A DNA stretch of 64,000 bases, from contig OZ059898.1 of the NCBI GenBank assembly GCA_964057225.1, forward strand, positions 18,972,001-19,036,000. Reading direction: 5' to 3'. The DNA comes from Auanema rhodensis (Eukaryota > Animalia > Nematoda). Within the stretch, counting starts at the first letter, position 1; each line of letters begins with the position of its first letter. The notes beneath the pieces are model-generated. The model ran no database searches, was not told the DNA's origin, and saw only the letters and a program-made list of their open reading frames with translations. Made by a program: the position numbers and the translations under genes. This document shows, in pieces, positions 28,401 to 39,100 of this stretch.

Positions 28401-31001
28401 GTATGTAACTCGCTTCACGTGAAAGATAAAGAGATGCGGTTTTCAAAATTAGATTCCTCATGTCCATATTAGTCTAAAAACAAATTTATATTGATATTGG
28501 TTCATGGTAACCATGTCTTTGAAAATTACGTGAACTTTAATTTATGCTAATTAAATGTACACGTGATGTGCACTTGGTATGTAACTCGCTTCACGTAAAA
28601 GATAAAGAGATGCGGTTTTCGAAATTGGATTCCCCATGTCCATATTAGTCTAAAAACAAATTTTTATTGATATTGGTTCATGGTAACCATGACTTTGAAA
28701 TTTACGTGAACTTTAATTTATGCTAATTAAATGTACACGTGATGTGCAATTGGTATGTAACTCGCTTCACGTGAAAGATAAAGAGATGCCGTTTTCGAAA
28801 TTAGATTTCCCATGTCCATATTAGTCTCAAAACAAATTTTTATTGATATTGGTTCATGGTAACCATGTCTTTGAAATTTACGTGAACTTTAATTTATGCT
28901 AATTAAATGTACACGTGATGTGCACTTGGTATGTAACTCGCTTCACGTGAAAGATAAAGAGATGAGGTTTTCAAAATTAGATTCCCCATGTCCATATTAG
29001 TCTAAAATCAAATTTTTATTGATATTGGTTCATGGTAACCATGTCTTTGAAATTTACGTGAACTTTAATTTATGCTAATTAAATGTACACGTGATGTGCA
29101 CTTGGTATGTAACTCGCTTCACGTGAAAGATAAAGAGATGCGGTTTTCAAAATTAGATTCCCCATGTCCATATTAGTCTAAAAACAAATTTTTATTGATA
29201 TTGGTTCATGGTAACCATGTCTTTGAAATTTACGTGAACTTTAATTTAATCTAATTAAATGTACACGTGATGTGCACTTGGTATGTAACTCGCTTCACGT
29301 GAAAGATAAAGAGATGCGGTTTTCAAAATTAGATTCCCTATGTCCATATTAGTCTAAAAACAAATTTTTATTGATATTGGTGCATGGTAACCATGACTTT
29401 GAAATTTACGTGAACTTTAATTTATGCTAATTAAATGTACACGTGATGTGCACTTGGTATGTAACTCGCTTCACGTGAAAGATAAAGAGATGCGGTTTTC
29501 AAAATTAGATTCCCCATGTCCATATTAGTCTAAAAACAAATTTTTATTGATATTGGTTCATGGTAACCATGTCTTTGAAATTTACGTGAACTTTAATTTA
29601 TGCTAATTAAATGTACACGTGATGTGCACTTGGTATGTAACTCGCTTCACGTGAAAGATAAAGAGATGCGGTTTTCAAAATTAGATTCCCCATGTCCATA
29701 TTAGTCTAAAAACAAATTTTTATTGATATTGGTTCATGGTAACCATGTCTTTGAAATTTACGTGAACTTTAATTTATGCTAATTAAATGTACACGTGATG
29801 TGCACTTGGTATGTAACTCGCTTCACGTGAAAGATAAAGAGATGCGGTTTTCAAAATTAGATTCCCCATGTCCATATTAGTCTAAAAACAAATTTTTATT
29901 GATATTGGTTCATGGTAACCATGACTTTGAAATTTACGTGAACTTTAATTTATGCTAATTAAATGTACACGTGATGTGCACTTGGTATGTAACTCGCTTC
30001 ACGTGAAAGATAAAAAGATGAGGTTTTCAAAATTAGATTCCCCATGTCCATATTAGTCTAAAAACAAATTTTTATTGATATTGGTTCATGGTAACCATGT
30101 CTTTGAAAATTACGTGAACTTTAATTTATGCTAATTAAATGTACACGTGATGTGCACTTGGTATGTAACTCGCTTCACGTGAAAGATAAAGAGATGCGGT
30201 TTTCGAAATTGGATTCCCCATGTCCATATTAGTCTAAAAACAAATTTTTATTGATATTGGTTCATGGTAACCATGACTTTGAAATTTACGTGAACTTTAA
30301 TTTATGCTAATTAAATGTACACGTGATGTGCACTTGGTATGTAACTCGCTTCACGTGAAAGATAAAGAGATGCGGTTTTCAAAATTAGATTCCCTATGTC
30401 CATATTAGTCTAAAAACAAATTTTTATTGATATTGGTGCATGGTAACCATGACTTTGAAATTTACGTGAACTTTAATTTATGCTAATTAAATGTACACGT
30501 GATGTGCACTTGGTATGTAACTCGCTTCACGTGAAAGATAAAGAGATGCGGTTTTCAAAATTAGATTCCCTATGTCCATATTAGTCTAAAAACAAATTTT
30601 TATTGATATTGGTGCATGGTAACCATGACTTTGAAATTTACGTGAACTTTAATTTATGCTAATTAAATGTACACGTGATGTGCAAATGGTATGTAACTCG
30701 CTTCACGTGAAAGATAAAGAGATGCCGTTTTCGAAATTAGATTCCCCATGTCCATATTAGTCTCAAAACAAATTTTTATTGATATTGGTTCATGGTAACC
30801 ATGTCTTTGAAATTTACGTGAACTTTAATTTATGCTAATTAAATGTACACGTGATGTGCACTTGGTATGTAACTCGCTTCACGTGAAAGATAAAGAGATG
30901 AGGTTTTCAAAATTAGATTCCCCATGTCCATATTAGTCTAAAAACAAATTTTTATTGATATTGGTTCATGGTAACCATGACTTTGAAATTTACGTGAACT
31001 T
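1450..31001. repeat. ~15-kb super-repeat (higher-order duplication) in satellite A: ~1450-15700 versus ~15700-31001; boundaries approximate
   Basis: Rare variants recur in the same order: ACATGAAC 1791/16040 (offset 14249), ACGTTAAC 3901/18501 and GTGAAAGAAA 4671/19271 (14600), CAG-variant ORFs 6028/20980 and 9192/24144 (14952), AACTATG ~10391/28335 (17944), GATGCCG monomer ~15553/30681 (15128). All offsets are whole monomer multiples minus the known 1-bp deletions. Confidence 0.9.
9900..15530. repeat. Tandem 16-monomer (2816-bp) higher-order duplication in satellite A
   Basis: CTATGAC 10391/13207 and GTAAAAG 10651/13467 are 2816 = 16x176 apart. The GCAATTGG/GATGCCG, AAATCAAA and TTTAATCT variants follow in the same order. 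Confidence 0.92.
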
Positions 31002-31060
31002 CTATCTTATCATCTACTTTTTGCTAAATTATTTTGAAATTTTTCGTGTGAAAATGTGAG
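31002..31060. other. Junction between satellites A and B: 9-nt linker CTATCTTAT plus an internally deleted first B monomer
   Basis: The A consensus is followed to 31001 (...TACGTGAACTT). 31002-31010 matches neither consensus in register. B starts at 31011 (CATCTACTTTTTGC). Its first unit is 325 bp, lacking AAAAAATTTT (10 nt) and TTTTGGAAGCAATGTT (16 nt), and has TGTGAAAA for TGTCAAAA. Confidence 0.95.
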
Positions 31061-31163
31061 TGTACATGGAAACTCAACATACACTAATGCATCATTTTTC
31101 AAACGATCATAACTAATTTTTGTATTAAGCGTTTCTCAATGTAGTATAGTGCATTCGATGCGG

Positions 31164-31253
31164 ATTTTTAAGCTGCGTCGATCTGTGTTATCAGATTTGC
31201 GCTAGCTTAAAAATGCACCGAGATATCAACTGATATAAGTTCACACTTATATC
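31164..31253. repeat. Two adjacent inverted repeats of the B monomer (representative copy)
   Basis: ATTTTTAAGCT...AGCTTAAAAAT (11-bp perfect outer arms, 31164-31214) encloses GCGTCGATCTG-tgttat-CAGATTTGCGC. It is followed by GATATAAGT-tcac-ACTTATATC (perfect 9-bp arms, 31232-31253). Confidence 0.92.
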
Positions 31254-31403
31254 CTCGATTTTCACCCTGAAGAATTAATTTTTTCGTTGAAAAACATTGT
31301 CCATCGTGTTTGCCTTGAAAAAAGGAATCACAAAACATCTACTTTTTGCTAAATTATCTTGAAATTTTTTGAAAAAATTTTTGTCAAAATGTTTTTGGAA
31401 GCA

Positions 31404-31431
31404 ATGTTGAGTGTACATGGAAACTCAACAT
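31404..31431. repeat. Third inverted repeat of the B monomer (representative copy)
   Basis: ATGTTGAGT-gtacatggaa-ACTCAACAT: perfect 9-bp arms with a 10-nt spacer. Confidence 0.9.
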
Positions 31432-33199
31432 ACACTGATGCATCATTTTTCAAACGATCATAACTAATTTTTGTATTAAGCGTTTCTCAATGTAGTATAG
31501 TGCATTCGATGCGGATTTTTAAGCTGCGTCGATCTGTGTTATCAGATTTGCGCTAGCTTAAAAATGCACCGAGATATCAACTGATATAAGTTCACACTTA
31601 TATCCTCGATTTTCACCCTGAAGAATTAATTTTTTCGTTGAATAACATTGTCCATCGTCTTTGCCTTGAAAAAAGGAATCACAAAACATCTACTTTTTGC
31701 TAAATTATTTTGAAATTTTTCGAAAAAATTTTTGTCAAAATGTTTTTGGAAGCAATGTTGAGTGTACATGGAAACTCAACATACACTAATGCATCATTTT
31801 TCAAACGATCATAACTAATTTTTGTATTAAGCGTTTCTCAAAGTAGTATAGTGCATTCGATGTGGATTTTTAAGCTGCGTCGATCTGTGTTATCAGATTT
31901 GCGCTAACTTAAAAATGCACCGAGATATCAACTGATATAAGTTCACACTTATATCCTCGATTTTCACCCTGAAGAATTAATTTTTTCGTTGAATAACATT
32001 GTCCATCGTCTTTGCCTTGAAAAAAGGAATCTAAAAACATCTACTTTTTGCTAAATTATTTTGAAATTTTTTGAAAAAATTTTTGTCAAAATGTTTTTGG
32101 AAGCAATGTTGAGTGTACATGGAAACTCAACATACACTAATGCATCATTTTTCAAACGATCATAACTAATTTTTGTATTAAGCGTTTCTCAATGTAGTAT
32201 AGTGCATTCGATGCGGATTTTTAAGCTGCGTCGATCTGTGTTATCAGATTTGCGCTAGCTTAAAAATGCACCGAGATATCAACTGATATAAGTTCACACT
32301 TATATCCTCGATTTTCACCCTGAAGAATTAATTTTTTCGTTGAATAACATTGTCCATCGTCTTTTCCTTGAAAAAAGGAATCTAAAAACATCTTCTTTTT
32401 GCTAAATTATTTTGAAATTTTTTGAAAAAATTTTTGTCAAAATGTTTTTGGAAGCAATGTTGAGTGTACATGGAAACTCAACATACACTAATGCATCATT
32501 TTTCAAACGATCATAACTAATTTTTGTATTAAGCGTTTCTCAAAGTAGTATAGTGCATTCGATGCGGATTTTTAAGCTGCGTCGATCTGTGTTATTAGAT
32601 TTGCGCTAGCTTAAGAATGCACCGAGATATCAACTGATATAAGTTCACACTTATATCCTCGATTTTCACCCTGAAGAACTAATTTTTTCGTTGAAAAACA
32701 TTGTCCATCGTGTTTGCCTTGAAAAAAGGAATCTAAAAACATCTACTTTTTGCTAAATTATTTCGAAATTTTTCGAAAAAATTTTTGTCAAAATGTTTTT
32801 GGAAGCAATGTTGAGTGTACATGGAAACTCAACATACACTAATGCATCATTTTTCAAACGATCATAACTAATTTTTGTATTAAGCGTTTCTCAATGTAGT
32901 ATAGTGCATTCGATGCGGATTTTTAAGCTGCGTCGATCTGTGTTATCAGATTTGCGCCAGCTTAAAAATGCACCGAGATATCAACTGATATAAGTTCACA
33001 CTTATATCCTCGATTTTCACCCTGAAGAATTAATTTTTTCGTTGAATAACATTGTCCATCGTCTTTGCCTTGAAAAAAGGAATCTAAAAACATCTACTTT
33101 TTGCTAAATTATTTTGAAATTTTTTGAAAAAATTTTCGTCAAAATGTTTTTGGAAGCAATGTTGAGTGTACATGGAAACTCAACATACACTAATGCATC

Positions 33200-36100
33200 A
33201 TTTTTCAAACGATCATAACTAATTTTTGTATTAAGCGTTTCTCAAAGTAGTATAGTGCATTCGATGCGGATTTTTAAGCTGCGTCGATCTGTGTTATCAG
33301 ATTTGCGCTAGCTTTAAAATGCACCGAGATATCAACTGATATAAGTTCACACTTATATCCTCGATTTTCACCCTGAAGAACTAATTTTTTCGTTGAAAAA
33401 CATTGTCCATCGTGTTTGCCTTGAAAAAAGGAATCTAAAAACATCTACTTTTTGCTAAATTATTTCGAAATTTTTCGAAAAAATTTTTGTCAAAATGTTT
33501 TTGGAAGCAATGTTGAGTGTACATGGAAACTCAACATACACTAATGCATCATTTTTCAAACGATCATAACCAATTTTTGTATTAAGCGTTTCTCAATGTA
33601 GTATAGTGCATTCGATGCGGATTTTTAAGCTGCGTCGATCTGTGTTATCAGATTTGCGCTAGCTTAAAAATGCACCGAGATATCAACTGATATAAGTTCA
33701 CACTTATATCCTCGATTTTCACCCTGAAGAATTAATTTTTTCGTTGAATAACATTGTCCATCGTCTTTGCCTTGAAAAAAGGAATCTAAAAACATCTTCT
33801 TTTTGCTAAATTATTTTGAAATTTTTTGAAAAAATTTTTGTCAAAATGTTTTTGGAAGCAATGTTGAGTGTACATGGAAACTCAACATACACTAATGCAT
33901 CATTTTTCAAACGATCATAACTAATTTTTGTATTAAGCGTTTCTCAATGTAGTATAGTGCATTCGATGCGGATTTTTAAGCTGCGTCGATCTGTGTTATC
34001 AGATTTGCGCTAGCTTAAAAATGCACCGAGATATCAACTGATATAAGTTCACACTTATATCCTCGATTTTCACCCTGAAGAATTAATTTTTTCGTTGAAA
34101 AACATTGTCCATCGTGTTTGCCTTGAAAAAAGGAATCTAAAAACATCTACTTTTTGCTAAATTATTTTGAAATTTTTCGAAAAAATTTTTGTCAAAATGT
34201 TTTTGGAAGCAATGTTGAGTGTACATGGAAACTCAACATACACTAATGCATCATTTTTCAAACGATCATAACTAATTTTTGTATTAAGCGTTTCTCAATG
34301 TAGTATAGTGCATTCGATGCGGATTTTTAAGCTGCGTCGATCTGTGTTATCAGATTTGCGCTAGCTTAAAAATGCACCGAGATATCAACTGATATAAGTT
34401 CACACTTATATCCTCGATTTTCACCCTGAAGAATTAATTTTTTCGTTGAAAAACATTGTCCATCGTGTTTGCCTTGAAAAAAGGAATCACAAAACATCTA
34501 CTTTTTGCTAAATTATTTTGAAATTTTTTGAAAAAATTTTTGTCAAAATGTTTTTGGAAGCAATGTTGAGTGTACATGGAAACTCAACATACACTAATGC
34601 ATCATTTTTCAAACGATCATAACTAATTTTTGTATTAAGCGTTTCTCAAAGTAGTATAGTGCATTCGATGCGGATTTTTAAGCTGCGTCGATCTGTGTTA
34701 TCAGATTTGCGCTAGCTTAAAAATGCACCGAGATATCAACTGATATAAGTTCACACTTATATCCTCGATTTTCACCCTGAAGAATTAATTTTTTCGTTGA
34801 AAAACATTGTCCATCGTGTTTGCCTTGAAAAAAGGAATCTAAAAACATCTACTTTTTGCTAAATTATTTCGAAATTTTTCGAAAAAATTTTTGTCAAAAT
34901 GTTTTTGGAAGCAATGTTGAGTGTACATGGAAACTCAACATACACTAATGCATCATTTTTCAAACGATCATAACTAATTTTTGTATTAAGCGTTTCTCAA
35001 TGTAGTATAGTGCATTCGATGCGGATTTTTAAGCTGCGTCGATCTGTGTTATCAGATTTGCGCTAGCTTAAAAATGCACCGAGATATCAACTGATATAAG
35101 TTCACACTTATATCCTCGATTTTCACCCTTAAGAATTAATTTTTTCGTTGAAAAACATTGTCCATCGTGTTTGCCTTGAAAAAAGGAATCACAAAACATC
35201 TACTTTTTGCTAAATTATTTTGAAATTTTTTGAAAAAATTTTTGTCAAAATGTTTTTGGAAGCAATGTTGAGTGTACATGGAAACTCAACATACACTGAT
35301 GCATCATTTTTCAAACGATCATAACTAATTTTTGTATTAAGTGTTTCTCAATGTAGTATAGTGCATTCGATGCGGATTTTTAAGCTGCGTCGATCTGTGT
35401 TATCAGATTTGCGCTAGCTTAAAAATGCACCGAGATATCAACTGATATAAGTTCACACTTATATCCTCGATTTTCACCCTGAAGAATTAATTTTTTCGTT
35501 GAAAAACATTGTCCATCGTGTTTGCCTTGAAAAAACGAATCTAAAAACATCTACTTTTTGCTAAATTATTTTGAAATTTTTCGAAAAAATTTTTGTCAAA
35601 ATGTTTTTGGAAGCAATGTTGAGTGTACATGGAAACTCAACATACACTAATGCATCATTTTTCAAACGATCATAACTAATTTTTGTATTAAGCGTTTCTC
35701 AATGTAGTATAGTGCATTCGATGCGGATTTTTAAGCTGCGTCGATCTGTGTTATCAGATTTGCGCTAGCTTAAAAATGCACCGAGATATCAACTGATATA
35801 AGTTCACACTTATATCCTCGATTTTCACCCTGAAGAATTAATTTTTTCGTTGAAAAACATTGTCCATCGTGTTTGCCTTGAAAAAAGGAATCACAAAACA
35901 TCTACTTTTTGCTAAATTATTTTGAAATTTTTTGAAAAAATTTTTGTCAAAATGTTTTTGGAAGCAATGTTGAGTGTACATGGAAACTCAACATACACTA
36001 ATGCATCATTTTTCAAACGATCATAACTAATTTTTGTATTAAGCGTTTCTCAAAGTAGTATAGTGCATTCGATGCGGATTTTTAAGCTGCGTCGATCTGT

Positions 36101-39100
36101 GTTATCAGATTTGCGCTAGCTTTAAAATGCACCGAGATATCAACTGATATAAGTTCACACTTATATCCTCGATTTTCACCCTGAAGAACTAATTTTTTCG
36201 TTGAAAAACATTGTCCATCGTGTTTGCCTTGAAACAAGGAATCTAAAAACATCTACTTTTTGCTAAATTATTTTGAAATTTTTCGAAAAAATTTTTGTCA
36301 AAATGTTTTTGGAAGCAATGTTGAGTGTACATGGAAACTCAACATACACTAATGCATCATTTTTCAAACGATCATAACTAATTTTTGTATTAAGCGTTTC
36401 TCAATGTAGTATAGTGCATTCGATGCGGATTTTTAAGCTGCGTCGATCTGTGTTATCAGATTTGCGCTAGCTTAAAAATGCACCGAGATATCAACTGATA
36501 TAAGTTCACACTTATATCCTCGATTTTCACCCTGAAGAATTAATTTTTTCGTTGAAAAACATTGTCCATCGTGTTTGCCTTGAAAAAAGGAATCACAAAA
36601 CATCTACTTTTTGCTAAATTATTTTGAAATTTTTTGAAAAAATTTTTGTCAAAATGTTTTTGGAAGCAATGTTGAGTGTACATGGAAACTCAACATACAC
36701 TGATGCATCATTTTTCAAACGATCATAACTAATTTTTGTATTAAGCGTTTCTCAATGTAGTATAGTGCATTCGATGCGGATTTTTAAGCTGCGTCGATCT
36801 GTGTTATCAGATTTGCGCTAGCTTAAAAATGCACCGAGATATCAACTGATATAAGTTCACACTTATATCCTCGATTTTCACCCTGAAGAATTAATTTTTT
36901 CGTTGAATAACATTGTCCATCGTCTTTGCCTTGAAAAAAGGAATCACAAAACATCTACTTTTTGCTAAATTATTTTGAAATTTTTCGAAAAAATTTTTGT
37001 CAAAATGTTTTTGGAAGCAATGTTGAGTGTACATGGAAACTCAACATACACTAATGCATCATTTTTCAAACGATCATAACTAATTTTTGTATTAAGCGTT
37101 TCTCAAAGTAGTATAGTGCATTCGATGTGGATTTTTAAGCTGCGTCGATCTGTGTTATCAGATTTGCGCTAACTTAAAAATGCACCGAGATATCAACTGA
37201 TATAAGTTCACACTTATATCCTCGATTTTCACCCTGAAGAATTAATTTTTTCGTTGAATAACATTGTCCATCGTCTTTGCCTTGAAAAAAGGAATCTAAA
37301 AACATCTACTTTTTGCTAAATTATTTTGAAATTTTTTGAAAAAATTTTTGTCAAAATGTTTTTGGAAGCAATGTTGAGTGTACATGGAAACTCAACATAC
37401 ACTAATGCATCATTTTTCAAACGATCATAACTAATTTTTGTATTAAGCGTTTCTCAAAGTAGTATAGTGCATTCGATGCGGATTTTTAAGCTGCGTCGAT
37501 CTGTGTTATCAGATTTGCGCTAGCTTTAAAATGCACCGAGATATCAACTGATATAAGTTCACACTTATATCCTCGATTTTCACCCTGAAGAACTAATTTT
37601 TTCGTTGAAAAACATTGTCCATCGTGTTTGCCTTGAAAAAAGGAATCTAAAAACATCTACTTTTTGCTAAATTATTTCGAAATTTTTCGAAAAAATTTTT
37701 GTCAAAATGTTTTTGGAAGCAATGTTGAGTGTACATGGAAACTCAACATACACTAATGCATCATTTTTCAAACGATCATAACCAATTTTTGTATTAAGCG
37801 TTTCTCAATGTAGTATAGTGCATTCGATGCGGATTTTTAAGCTGCGTCGATCTGTGTTATCAGATTTGCGCTAGCTTAAAAATGCACCGAGATATCAACT
37901 GATATAAGTTCACACTTATATCCTCGATTTTCACCCTGAAGAATTAATTTTTTCGTTGAATAACATTGTCCATCGTCTTTGCCTTGAAAAAAGGAATCTA
38001 AAAACATCTTCTTTTTGCTAAATTATTTTGAAATTTTTTGAAAAAATTTTTGTCAAAATGTTTTTGGAAGCAATGTTGAGTGTACATGGAAACTCAACAT
38101 ACACTAATGCATCATTTTTCAAACGATCATAACTAATTTTTGTATTAAGCGTTTCTCAATGTAGTATAGTGCATTCGATGCGGATTTTTAAGCTGCGTCG
38201 ATCTGTGTTATCAGATTTGCGCTAGCTTAAAAATGCACCGAGATATCAACTGATATAAGTTCACACTTATATCCTCGATTTTCACCCTGAAGAATTAATT
38301 TTTTCGTTGAAAAACATTGTCCATCGTGTTTGCCTTGAAAAAAGGAATCTAAAAACATCTACTTTTTGCTAAATTATTTTGAAATTTTTCGAAAAAATTT
38401 TTGTCAAAATGTTTTTGGAAGCAATGTTGAGTGTACATGGAAACTCAACATACACTAATGCATCATTTTTCAAACGATCATAACTAATTTTTGTATTAAG
38501 CGTTTCTCAATGTAGTATAGTGCATTCGATGCGGATTTTTAAGCTGCGTCGATCTGTGTTATCAGATTTGCGCTAGCTTAAAAATGCACCGAGATATCAA
38601 CTGATATAAGTTCACACTTATATCCTCGATTTTCACCCTGAAGAATTAATTTTTTCGTTGAAAAACATTGTCCATCGTGTTTGCCTTGAAAAAAGGAATC
38701 ACAAAACATCTACTTTTTGCTAAATTATTTTGAAATTTTTTGAAAAAATTTTTGTCAAAATGTTTTTGGAAGCAATGTTGAGTGTACATGGAAACTCAAC
38801 ATACACTAATGCATCATTTTTCAAACGATCATAACTAATTTTTGTATTAAGCGTTTCTCAAAGTAGTATAGTGCATTCGATGCGGATTTTTAAGCTGCGT
38901 CGATCTGTGTTATCAGATTTGCGCTAGCTTTAAAATGCACCGAGATATCAACTGATATAAGTTCACACTTATATCCTCGATTTTCACCCTGAAGAACTAA
39001 TTTTTTCGTTGAAAAACATTGTCCATCGTGTTTGCCTTGAAAAAAGGAATCTAAAAACATCTACTTTTTGCTAAATTATTTCGAAATTTTTCGAAAAAAT

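Larger units (their letters stand above)
1..31001. repeat. Satellite DNA array A, 176-bp monomer, head-to-tail (runs off the left edge of the window)
   Basis: TGGTTCATGGTAACCATG recurs at 1, 177, 353 and onward. The last monomer starts at 30962 = 1 + 176x176 - 15, matching 176 monomers of which 15 are 175 bp (GCGGTTGCAAAA instead of GCGGTTTTCAAAA). Monomers differ by only a few substitutions. Counted GC is 56/176. Confidence 0.99.

Noticed and set aside
31164-31253. Rho-independent terminators or a Helitron 3' end (hairpin plus CTAG at 31202-31205)
   Set aside because: No genes or prokaryotic context and no GC-rich stem followed by a U-tract. The CTAG lies within the hairpin arm, and no element boundary or target site is visible.
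31060-31410. B monomer as a diverged dimer of a ~176-bp unit, or of A itself
   Set aside because: The two halves of B show no visible alignment to each other, and similarity to A is limited to short words.
31855-31915. Linked variants TGTGG and CTAAC on either side of the large B hairpin as compensatory mutations
   Set aside because: The two positions do not pair with each other, and G>A disrupts the AGCT arm. Linkage is explained by shared descent of duplicated monomers.
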